Positions 15,579-23,309 of a DNA stretch of 64,000 nucleotides are shown here, in pieces. The DNA lies in IMG/VR virus record IMGVR_UViG_3300041402_000314, positions 1 to 64,000 of that record, one strand, 5' to 3'. The notes under the pieces are model-generated. The model ran no database searches and was not told the origin of the DNA. It worked only from the letters and a program-made list of their open reading frames with translations. Each line of letters starts with the position of its first letter. Position 1 is the first letter of the stretch. The translations under genes were made by a program, and so were the position numbers.

Positions 15579-15777
15579 ATTCTTTTATCTTCCTAGCTAC
15601 TAGACTTGGTTTAACTGGATATTCGCCTATCGTATCTCCATATTCGCCATCTGATAATTCAAACAATATTTTCTTATCTTTCCAGACTTTTAACGTATGC
15701 CCTTCCCAATAATCTTGAATACTCCAAGCATATTTAACACCGTCTACAACAATATCCCTAAACTTCTTTTTAGCCAT
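15562..15777 (-). CDS. hypothetical protein
   Basis: MAKKKFRDIVVDGVKYAW; overlapping start/stop. Confidence 0.6.
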   Translation of the reverse strand: MAKKKFRDIVVDGVKYAWSIQDYWEGHTLKVWKDKKILFELSDGEYGDTIGEYPVKPSLVARKIKEYEAKH

Positions 15778-15919
15778 TCGGTATCTCTCCTGTTAGTAAC
15801 CAAAAATCATATTCATCTCTTGTCCAGCCTAACACATCCCAAAGAGTTCTATCATCTTCTTTATCTTCGTGCCATTTATCTATAGCTCCATCTATCTCTT
15901 TTTCGTCCGTAATTTTCAT
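15770..15919 (-). CDS. small hypothetical protein (possibly leaderless mRNA)
   Basis: ATG at 15919 lies 7 nt below the -10 box; WHE...LWDVLGWTRDEY. Confidence 0.55.
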   Translation of the reverse strand: MKITDEKEIDGAIDKWHEDKEDDRTLWDVLGWTRDEYDFWLLTGEIPNG

Positions 15920-15926
15920 AACACCT

Positions 15927-16002
15927 ATTATACCAAAATCAATCTCGTTTGTCAAGCATAAAAAAAGCCTCTTAAACATTTTATTTGTCTAAGAGGCTTT
16001 TT
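15927..16002 (-). terminator. intrinsic terminator fused to a sigma70 promoter
   Basis: AAAAAGCCTCTTA/TAAGAGGCTTTTTTT, then ATGC, then TTGACA-17-TATAAT. Confidence 0.85.
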
Positions 16003-16021
16003 AGAGTTATGTATATTATTA

Positions 16022-16168
16022 CTACTCTATATAGAACTCCCCCTTAGACGATACAAACCAATCCGCATTCAGCGCATTGAGATTTAGATGTAGGTCTGCA
16101 TTACATTGAATTACTGGCAATGTCGGTAAATTATTAAATTGTCTATTATCGTTTCTTCGAATGTTCAT
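16022..16168 (-). CDS. putative attenuator leader peptide 1 (48 aa, Asn-rich)
   Basis: Own promoter at 16195-16224, GAAGGGA RBS; MNIRRNDNRQFNNLPTLPVIQCNADLHLNLNALNADWFVSSKGEFYIE-TAG; its 3' end is complementary to the terminator 5' arm. Confidence 0.5.
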   Translation of the reverse strand: MNIRRNDNRQFNNLPTLPVIQCNADLHLNLNALNADWFVSSKGEFYIE

Positions 16169-16248
16169 TTTCCCTTCTCTAATTTTATATACACATTATA
16201 CCATAAAGGATATGTGTTTGTCAAGTCTTTGTTTTAAGTATTTATATA

Positions 16249-16440
16249 TCAAGAATTTTTCTTGTCCAGAACACCCCATGATGAACCACATGGTTTAGTC
16301 GGAAAACCACACTGCTTTAATTGACTAGCTACCCATTCAGCTATTTCTTCCCTAGTTTTATCTTTGAATCCACTAGGATACATATTCATAGTAATAGCTA
16401 TATCAAAACAAATATCCACAAGCTCTTGTTTTTCACTCAT
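16249..16440 (-). CDS. hypothetical protein
   Basis: 63 aa; GGAG RBS. Confidence 0.55.
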   Translation of the reverse strand: MSEKQELVDICFDIAITMNMYPSGFKDKTREEIAEWVASQLKQCGFPTKPCGSSWGVLDKKNS

Positions 16441-16815
16441 TTACAAACTCCTCCATCAATCTTCTAGCTTCTCTATGATCACAATTTAATGCTCTCTCGA
16501 TATCATAACGAAGTAATGCTTCTGGTTGACCAATAAATTCAAGAGCTAATTTACCTATGATCTCTCTAACAGTAAGATCGTATTTCTCTATTCTATCACT
16601 CAGTTCCATTATATACTCCTCCTATCCAATCAGGAGGTGCTAGAAATACACCCTTCCCATCATGATTCTTACATCCCTTATTAGAGCAGTAATACCACCA
16701 ATCCCATTCATTAGCATCTTTGAAATTAGTAAACTCATTATTACAACAAGCCATTACTACAGGCCATCCACAGTCTTTGCAGTAATTATGTTCATATATT
16801 CTAGCAGAAGAACTA

Positions 16816-17109
16816 CTATTCTTCGCTTTCACCGAACATCTCCTTGAATCTTTCGCCAGCTTCTCTTCCCGATCTACCTGCTTCAAGAAAGTCTTCGACT
16901 TGTTCCATAGTTTCCAATGTTACCACAGGATGTTCGCCCGACTCATTATCTATCAGGTTATTTAATCGTACTTCCATAGCCCCAGATTCCATTAGGATAT
17001 GGTATATGTCGCCTTTCGACTTCTCAAGCTCTTCCAAGAACTGTTCTCTAGGCATTGCCCTTAGTTCCTCAAAGACCACATCCATCGCTTTTCTCATTTT
17101 ATCATTCAT
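16816..17109 (-). CDS. hypothetical protein
   Basis: 97 aa acidic ORF. Confidence 0.55.
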   Translation of the reverse strand: MNDKMRKAMDVVFEELRAMPREQFLEELEKSKGDIYHILMESGAMEVRLNNLIDNESGEHPVVTLETMEQVEDFLEAGRSGREAGERFKEMFGESEE

Positions 17110-17112
17110 TAT

Positions 17113-17304
17113 CTAACCTGCTGTTGGGTCTTCGATATAACCATTTCTCGATGCAGTAATGAGTTGGCAAAAGAATCGTAGAGTCTCTTCATCCGCTATT
17201 TTTCGATAAAGACCAATAGCAACGAAATCATCTTCTGACCCTTCAATTTTATTGTATATTGATGTTAATTCATGAACATTTGTCATTTCAAACTCCTTAT
17301 TCAA
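17113..17304 (-). CDS. hypothetical protein
   Basis: AAGGAG RBS. Confidence 0.5.
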   Translation of the reverse strand: MNKEFEMTNVHELTSIYNKIEGSEDDFVAIGLYRKIADEETLRFFCQLITASRNGYIEDPTAG

Positions 17305-17492
17305 TATTTCTTTCCTTTAAGTATTTCATCAAACATGCTCATGAAATTAGTATCTTGAAGGTCGGGTGTTTTATGATGCTTCCTCATATTTGTACATGAA
17401 CTACATATATGAGAGATATTCTTCTTTAATTTAGCATCTCTAATTTCGCCTAAATATGTTCCACAATCAACACAATGGATATCTCTAGCCAC
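17301..17492 (-). CDS. small zinc-finger protein
   Basis: HCVDCG...ICSSC; GTG start after AGGAG. Confidence 0.55.
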   Translation of the reverse strand: MARDIHCVDCGTYLGEIRDAKLKKNISHICSSCTNMRKHHKTPDLQDTNFMSMFDEILKGKKY

Positions 17493-17515
17493 ATTAAACT
17501 CCTATTCAAATATTT

Positions 17516-17592
17516 TGGTGGGTCTGACTGGAATTGAACCAGCGTTTTTCTCCGTAAGAGGGAGCTACAAAGCCAACTTTTGTTACAAACCC
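17516..17592 (-). tRNA. tRNA-Lys(CTT)
   Basis: CTCC-CTCTTAC-GGAG; GGGTTTG/CAGACCC-A-CCA. Confidence 0.85.
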
Positions 17593-17605
17593 ATTTAATT
17601 TATTT

Positions 17606-17680
17606 TGGTGAGGCCACTCGGAACTGCCCCGAGATTGACTGGTTAAAAGCCAGATATTCTTCTAGTTGAATTATAGCCCC
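17606..17680 (-). tRNA. tRNA-Lys(TTT)
   Basis: Loop CTTTTAA; non-canonical T-loop GGCAGTT; CCA. Confidence 0.88.
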
Positions 17681-17692
17681 ATTAATTTATAT

Positions 17693-17779
17693 TGGTGGGA
17701 TTGGAAGGATTTGAACCTTCGATGCATCTCTGCGTTCGGTTATGAGCCGAGTGCCTTAACCAGACTAGGCAACAATCCC
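17693..17779 (-). tRNA. tRNA(CAT) Met/Ile2 with long variable arm
   Basis: Loop CTCATAA; extra GCA-GAGA-TGC arm; GGGATTG/CAATCCC-A-CCA. Confidence 0.87.
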
Positions 17780-17785
17780 AATATT

Positions 17786-18061
17786 TTATTTCCGATTTTC
17801 CTTTAATGCTTTTTCGAGAGCTTCTAAATATTTTTCAAAATTTCCAGTTAGCCCAATGCCTTCTCTTTGTCTAAGTCCAGTGATATGAGCTATGAAATCT
17901 TTTTCATCAACCTTTTCTGGAAGTTCTTCAAACGGAATTCCGTTTCTTTTATAATAAATGAAGCCTGATATCATCCACCAAGCATCACAGTCATCTTCGA
18001 AACAGGCATCATATTCGAAGAGCAATGCTTTATGTTTTTTATTAAATATTTCAGAATCCAT
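17786..18061 (-). CDS. hypothetical protein
   Basis: 91 aa, TAATG coupling to the upstream ORF. Confidence 0.55.
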   Translation of the reverse strand: MDSEIFNKKHKALLFEYDACFEDDCDAWWMISGFIYYKRNGIPFEELPEKVDEKDFIAHITGLRQREGIGLTGNFEKYLEALEKALKENRK

Positions 18062-18246
18062 TAATCTTCCTCAAATATCGCTTCACATTTCTTTACATCT
18101 TTTTGTTTCAAGAGACCAACCATGAACTTCTGTATATGATATAAAACTTCTATATCATCACGATCTTGAGTTGGTTGATTAGGAGTTATTTCAGGACTCC
18201 TTAATTTTGTACCATCTTCAAGATGGATTTCTAAGTAATATGGCAT
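18061..18246 (-). CDS. hypothetical protein
   Basis: GAGG RBS. Confidence 0.5.
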   Translation of the reverse strand: MPYYLEIHLEDGTKLRSPEITPNQPTQDRDDIEVLYHIQKFMVGLLKQKDVKKCEAIFEED

Positions 18247-18258
18247 AGCCTCTTATTT

Positions 18259-18334
18259 TGGTGTTCCCACCGAGGCTTAAACTCGGTTCTCCATATTGAG
18301 AGTATGGTATCCTAATCAGGTAGACGATAGGAAC
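18259..18334 (-). tRNA. tRNA-Glu(CTC)
   Basis: CCATA-CTCTCAA-TATGG; CCA. Confidence 0.88.
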
Positions 18335-18349
18335 AATATTTAATTTTAA

Positions 18350-18427
18350 TGGTACACCTACGGGGTACTGACCCCCCCCGATCTCCAACGTGAAAGGCTG
18401 GCGAATTGTCCACTATTCGATAGGTGT
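18350..18427 (-). tRNA. tRNA-Glu(TTC) with disrupted T-loop
   Basis: CCAGC-CTTTCAC-GTTGG; T-arm reads CGGGG-GGGGTCAGTA-CCCCG (G8 run); 5' end overlapped by the endonuclease CDS. Confidence 0.7.
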
Positions 18428-19312
18428 ATAATCTTTTCTCTGATAATATTCTACTTCTGGATGGTATTTTTTAATCCATCTCTTAGTTTGTGTATGGCTT
18501 AATTCCCATATATCAGCTACTTGCTGTAACCATCCGAATTTATTTTTATCGACAGATTCTAAAGTTTTTCCTCTTTTACCTATAATTTTTTGGGTCGCTT
18601 TCTGTCTCTTTTCCTTTTCTCTTTTAACCTCTAGTACCTTCTTCTCTTTTCCTGTTAGAAGTTCACAAGTTTTACTAACCTCATTGATATCACCAATAAA
18701 CTGTTCTAAATCTATTATGATAGAGTTAACATCACTCAATACCTGTTTTGCCTTAACTCTATAGACTCTCCAACCTTGAGTTATTAGAAGAGTATCTTTT
18801 TTATCGTCACTAGCTTTTCTCTCAGGTTGTTCATGTTGCCCACCATCTATTTCAACTGCTACTTTAACATTCTCGAAAGCAAAATCTACAAAATATGGAT
18901 AGAAGCTTTTCTCTCTAGTTATTTCAAACTTATCATACCATCCATGTCTTTTCACCGCATTAATAAATACCTTTTCAGGCCAACTCATTTCATTACCAGT
19001 TCGCCAAGCTGTACAACTAGGATTCGCTTTCATATATGCGAGTCGCTTTTTTCTTATTTTCTCTCTAGTCTCTTCCGAAACAGATTTCCGATCTAATAAC
19101 GTTTCGATACACTTCTTATCACCACAACTCTTCTGGAAGGATATGGATTTTCTTAATTTAGCGTCTTTCCCACATACTTCACATTTCGGGATTAAAAATT
19201 TTTTATGAACAATAACATATTCTAATAGAGAAATATCATGTTGATTTTTTAAATGAATACTTAATCCTAAGTTTGATTTAGTCTTTTTATTACATATTTT
19301 ACATTCTTCCAT
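18413..19312 (-). CDS. DUF559/Vsr-like (PD-D/ExK) endonuclease with N-terminal zinc fingers
   Basis: CKIC..HLKNQH, CEVC, YFVDFAFENVKVAVEIDGGQH, DKKDTLLITQGWRVYR. Confidence 0.85.
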   Translation of the reverse strand: MEECKICNKKTKSNLGLSIHLKNQHDISLLEYVIVHKKFLIPKCEVCGKDAKLRKSISFQKSCGDKKCIETLLDRKSVSEETREKIRKKRLAYMKANPSCTAWRTGNEMSWPEKVFINAVKRHGWYDKFEITREKSFYPYFVDFAFENVKVAVEIDGGQHEQPERKASDDKKDTLLITQGWRVYRVKAKQVLSDVNSIIIDLEQFIGDINEVSKTCELLTGKEKKVLEVKREKEKRQKATQKIIGKRGKTLESVDKNKFGWLQQVADIWELSHTQTKRWIKKYHPEVEYYQRKDYTPIE

Positions 19313-19399
19313 TCGAAAATTCTCCGTTTTTAAGTATTTATACTTTCGGAAAAGTTTCGAACCTGTTTTAAAAGAGCAAGTTAAAAATCCTATTAATTT

Positions 19400-19476
19400 T
19401 GGTAGAGCTAGGGGGAATCGAACCCATCCGTTTTATGGTTGAAAACCATATGTCCTAACCGTTAGACGATAGCTCC
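19400..19476 (-). tRNA. tRNA-Glu(TTC)
   Basis: TATGG-TTTTCAA-CCATA; CCA; weak T-stem. Confidence 0.88.
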
Positions 19477-19486
19477 AAAATTATTT

Positions 19487-19699
19487 TTAATTTCTTTCCA
19501 TTTGTACCGTTCCACATTCAGGACAGCCGTATAAATTTACCTGGCGATCGGGTGACCAACTTTCACCAGTTTCTATAACAAAGTATCCCTTTATCTTTCT
19601 AAATTTATCACCATCAGGATTCACTTCAATATATTCATCCGCATCAATTCCATTATCAACCCAACCCATACCCTGTTCATATCCACAAACACATTTCAT
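19487..19699 (-). CDS. small zinc-ribbon protein
   Basis: MKCVCGY...LYGCPECG; GGAGA RBS. Confidence 0.6.
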   Translation of the reverse strand: MKCVCGYEQGMGWVDNGIDADEYIEVNPDGDKFRKIKGYFVIETGESWSPDRQVNLYGCPECGTVQMERN

Positions 19700-19701
19700 G
19701 A

Positions 19702-19926
19702 TTATCTCCTATGTACACAAAAGCTAGACACAATACAATCCAGATTACATTCTATTTTTCTCTCACATGGAGGATAGGCTTTCTTGTTAAATACTGCATT
19801 AACAAATCCTACTCCCATATGCGCTCCCATGATATCAGTGAACTCTTTCTCGGTGAAAGCATCACTGTTTAGAAGCATTAAATCCATTACTGTAACGAAG
19901 GTTACGTTTTCCTGAAAGTCATTCAT
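19702..19926 (-). CDS. hypothetical protein (possibly leaderless mRNA)
   Basis: ATG at 19926 is 7 nt below the TATAAT at 19934-19939; the ORF-track TTG start is the -35 box. Confidence 0.5.
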   Translation of the reverse strand: MNDFQENVTFVTVMDLMLLNSDAFTEKEFTDIMGAHMGVGFVNAVFNKKAYPPCERKIECNLDCIVSSFCVHRR

Positions 19927-19933
19927 AAGACAC

Positions 19934-20006
19934 ATTATAACAAATTGTTTTCCAGAAGTCAAGCATAAAAAAAAGCCTTTCAGAAATTAAATTCTTGAAA
20001 GGCTTT
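19934..20006 (-). terminator. intrinsic terminator fused to a sigma70 promoter
   Basis: AAAGCCTTTCA/TGAAAGGCTTT + T8, then ATGC, then TTGACT-17-TATAAT. Confidence 0.85.
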
Positions 20007-20033
20007 GGTGTTAATAATTGTATAGGAGTGGTA

Positions 20034-20150
20034 TTACTCGTCAGGCCACTCCATAGATACACGAAAGCCTTTATCTTTGAACTCTTTAGGTTCAAGTATA
20101 TTCTTTTTCTCTATTGCTATGTGTTTAGATAATTCTTTCGTTATTTGCAT
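20034..20150 (-). CDS. putative attenuator leader peptide 2 (38 aa, Lys/Glu-rich)
   Basis: AAGGA RBS; MQITKELSKHIAIEKKNILEPKEFKDKGFRVSMEWPDE-TAA; late promoter TATAAATA at 20178-20185. Confidence 0.5.
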   Translation of the reverse strand: MQITKELSKHIAIEKKNILEPKEFKDKGFRVSMEWPDE

Positions 20151-20402
20151 TTCGTGTCCTTTTATTAGTGTTTCAAGTATTTATATCTTTAGAAAATTTT
20201 CTAGGGTCTCCGAAATTTATAGAGCAACCCCTACACTCATAATAAATTGTTTTATTGTGAGTTGTCAGACCCAAACTAATGATATCCACTCTACTTATAC
20301 TTCTATATCTATTATGTCCGCATATCGGACAAATAAAATCTTCCAATTTTTATACCCCTATTATACCACAACTGGTATCAGTTTGTCAAGTCTTATTATT
20401 TT

Positions 20403-20476
20403 TGGTACTCCCTGATGGTACTGCCCCACCGCTTATTGGATGTAAACCAATCGCACTACTATTATACTAAGGGAGC
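20403..20476 (-). tRNA. tRNA-Val(TAC)
   Basis: ATTGG-TTTACAT-CCAAT; T-loop GGCAGTA; CCA. Confidence 0.87.
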
Positions 20477-20482
20477 AAATAT

Positions 20483-21394
20483 TTAATCTGTCTTTAATCT
20501 AAATCTACCCATTTCAGGACAACCTTCTCTCTTGAAATGAGTTCCTTCATACCTATTTATAACACCTTTTACTACCTTACCATCGACACAATCTGAATTC
20601 TTAAGAGCCTCATATATCTTAACGGCTTCTGGAGAATACATTATGTCATTTTTGGCAAGTCCTAATTCCATTCTCTCCATTACCATGATAGCATCAAAGG
20701 TCTTATAATCACAGCCTAGTTGTGCCTCATCGGTATTATCATCGGTCACACCAAGTCCATCACTAGGAGCCTGAGTTATGATATCTTCTCTAACACCCAA
20801 TAACCTAGCTATCGTAGGTAGTTCAAATCCCTTGAATATATATTGTATCGGTGCGAGGTCTCCAACGTCTCCGTGTAGTGTCCAGAAACCAGCGAGATAT
20901 TCACTGTAATTATCTGTACTCAGAACCAGACCATCATTCAGTCTAGCCATATCATAGAGCGTCATCATTCTCAACCGAGCTTTTATATTTCCCTGTCTGA
21001 TAGCACCATGATTAATTTTACCTGCTATGATGTCGTTATGTCTTAACACATTAGGTATAAATGTTTCCATAGTTTCATCTAACCAATGGACGCTATCATA
21101 GACAGTACAATGATTTGCACCAACCCATCCAGCCTGTTCACTATGCTTATCCGTTGTCGAAAGAGGTATATGGAGTCCGATCAAAGGAACGCCTATATAT
21201 TTCTCCTGACAAAGTGCAGCTATAACCGCACTATCGAGGCCACCAGAAACACCAACAACCAAAGATTTGAGCTTATTCTTATATACATAATCAGATACAA
21301 ATCTTCGCATTCTTCCTATGATGTCTTCAGCTTGCTCATCACTTAAGGTATATTTTGGTTCAACTGCTTCGACTAATCTCTTCAACTCAGACAT
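20483..21394 (-). CDS. nadE: NH3-dependent NAD+ synthetase
   Basis: VGVSGGLDSA PP-loop, GNIKARLRMMTLY, STDNYSE, FWTLHGD, APSDGL, TDEAQLG. Confidence 0.92.
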   Translation of the reverse strand: MSELKRLVEAVEPKYTLSDEQAEDIIGRMRRFVSDYVYKNKLKSLVVGVSGGLDSAVIAALCQEKYIGVPLIGLHIPLSTTDKHSEQAGWVGANHCTVYDSVHWLDETMETFIPNVLRHNDIIAGKINHGAIRQGNIKARLRMMTLYDMARLNDGLVLSTDNYSEYLAGFWTLHGDVGDLAPIQYIFKGFELPTIARLLGVREDIITQAPSDGLGVTDDNTDEAQLGCDYKTFDAIMVMERMELGLAKNDIMYSPEAVKIYEALKNSDCVDGKVVKGVINRYEGTHFKREGCPEMGRFRLKTD

Positions 21395-21426
21395 CCCAAA
21401 CCTCCATTATCAATTAAATGTATTTT

Positions 21427-21819
21427 TCAATAATCTTTATTCTTCAAAATTTCTTCCGCACCCTCATATAGTTCTTTAGCACCTTCGATATCTCCCTCAA
21501 CCCATCTTTCGAAAGAACTATTATTAGATTGGCAAGGAACTATTATAAGTCGTCCGTCTGAATAACCTGCTCCATGAGGCCATAGTTTATATAAAGGACA
21601 ATAATCTTCACAATCCATATCACCAAACGCATGAGGTTTTCTATCAGCATATTCACAACAAAAACATTCATTTTTCACATAACCATATTTATCCCATTCA
21701 GGCCATGCCCTTTTATCATGTGATTTATTTTCATAAACCCACTTCCAAAGCTCAATAGTCAATTCTATAACTTTTTTCTTAGTCAATCTAAAAGGTTTCT
21801 GGTGATCTAAATCAAACAT
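21427..21819 (-). CDS. Cys-rich hypothetical protein
   Basis: CFCCEY...CEDYCPL; GGAG RBS. Confidence 0.6.
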   Translation of the reverse strand: MFDLDHQKPFRLTKKKVIELTIELWKWVYENKSHDKRAWPEWDKYGYVKNECFCCEYADRKPHAFGDMDCEDYCPLYKLWPHGAGYSDGRLIIVPCQSNNSSFERWVEGDIEGAKELYEGAEEILKNKDY

Positions 21820-21845
21820 ATTTCATATCTCCTAATCAATATTGT

Positions 21846-22061
21846 TTAAAACCAATTTCCTTGCGAATCTTGCATAACTTCTTTTCCACATTTCGAACAT
21901 GTAGCAAGGGCAGAGCATCCATCAAAACTATTATTACCACCACTTCCATTATGCCATCCGAATGTCGAGCAGCTATAATGAGTACCTTTAAATCTGTCTA
22001 TCAGACAAAGAATGAATGGTAATAAAAATACCATAATCAAAATAATTAAAATAATTTTCAT
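21846..22061 (-). CDS. small membrane-anchored zinc-finger protein
   Basis: N-terminal hydrophobic helix; CSTFGWH...CSKCG. Confidence 0.6.
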   Translation of the reverse strand: MKIILIILIMVFLLPFILCLIDRFKGTHYSCSTFGWHNGSGGNNSFDGCSALATCSKCGKEVMQDSQGNWF

Positions 22062-22347
22062 GGGTTCTCCTCAAAAAATAGTGTATTGACCGTTCTCTTC
22101 TTCAACTTTCCTAATATATTCTTTGAGCTTTTTTACAGTTTTTTCCCGAAGAATTAACTTACCTTTATGGTAAAGATCATATCCCTCTTCTTTCATATGA
22201 TAACAATTATATTTATCAGTCACCGCCTTTATATTCCAAAGATAACCCATAACATTATCTGGTTTTTCTCTAGGAAAGTAATGATTACCATCATCTACAT
22301 AATGTGATCGTTGGTTTCTACTATATTCCCATTCAAGTTCTATCATT

Positions 22348-22539
22348 TTATTTCTCTTTTGGGTGTATGAACACCGTTGTTTTTTCTGGTGGTTTTGGTT
22401 CACATCTACTACAATGTCTTACTATTTCAAAATGTTCTGGACTATGACATTCACATTTAATATCATAGTAATAATATTTTCTACTTAGTTCAGAACTCTG
22501 TCCGCAAATATCACATACCCCGACTTCTATCTCACCCAT
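22348..22539 (-). CDS. small Cys-rich protein
   Basis: CDIC...CECH...HCSRC. Confidence 0.55.
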   Translation of the reverse strand: MGEIEVGVCDICGQSSELSRKYYYYDIKCECHSPEHFEIVRHCSRCEPKPPEKTTVFIHPKEK

Positions 22540-23011
22540 TTGACGTTCCCCAGATATTATACGGATTCTTTATCAAATTCGAATTAAGATATCTCGCATC
22601 ATCCGTAACTTCTTCTGTAACCCATTTAGGTTTCGCAAAGGTCTGATCTTCAGATTCTAATTCTATCTCTGCTACTATTAGTCCTTCGTTATCACCCCTA
22701 AATACATCGATTTCCCATGTCATACCAAAAACGACATATTCTAACCTAGTCTTCTCTAAAACACATTCACATTGTCCTAAAAGTCTCTCGGCATCGGCTA
22801 TCGGAATAGATAGTTCATATTCTACTCGCGTAATAGATTTATCACTCGATTTATAGGTCAAGAAGGCATCGTTACCGCTAGTTCTAACTCTTAATACTTT
22901 AAGACCAGACTCCATGAGATATCCTTGCCTGATTTTATGTATTTTATTACATGTATCACAAGACGGTAAATTAACATGGTCTACCAAAAACTTTCTTTCA
23001 ATTTCTACCAT
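22532..23011 (-). CDS. CYTH domain protein (adenylate cyclase/triphosphatase-like)
   Basis: EIERKFLV, IRQGYL, RVR, LTYK, EKTR, WEIDVF, AEIEL, YLNSNL. Confidence 0.9.
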   Translation of the reverse strand: MVEIERKFLVDHVNLPSCDTCNKIHKIRQGYLMESGLKVLRVRTSGNDAFLTYKSSDKSITRVEYELSIPIADAERLLGQCECVLEKTRLEYVVFGMTWEIDVFRGDNEGLIVAEIELESEDQTFAKPKWVTEEVTDDARYLNSNLIKNPYNIWGTSNG

Positions 23012-23032
23012 CTCAATCCTCTTTCAATTTTT

Positions 23033-23120
23033 TGGCGGTGAGGGTGGGAGTCGAACCCACGCACCTGTTACAGCCTAACGGTTTAGCAAACCGTCCTCTT
23101 AACCACTTGAGTACCCCACC
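23033..23120 (-). tRNA. tRNA-Ser(GCT)
   Basis: ACGGT-TTGCTAA-ACCGT, long variable arm, G73, CCA. Confidence 0.93.
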
Positions 23121-23280
23121 TAAATTATAATCTATATCCACACACTCTACAAACCATTTTAATCTCGAATTCAGTTTTACCTATCTGAACTTTGACTAAT
23201 CCAATTTCTTCAGCTTTACAGTGAGGACATTTCTTACCAGCTATTATTATATTAATATTTCTCTCACTCATTTAAAAAGT

Positions 23281-23309
23281 ATTATACTACATCCTTATCT
23301 GTTTGTCAA
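23281..23309 (-). promoter_or_regulatory. sigma70-type promoter
   Basis: TTGACA-17-TATAAT. Confidence 0.8.
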
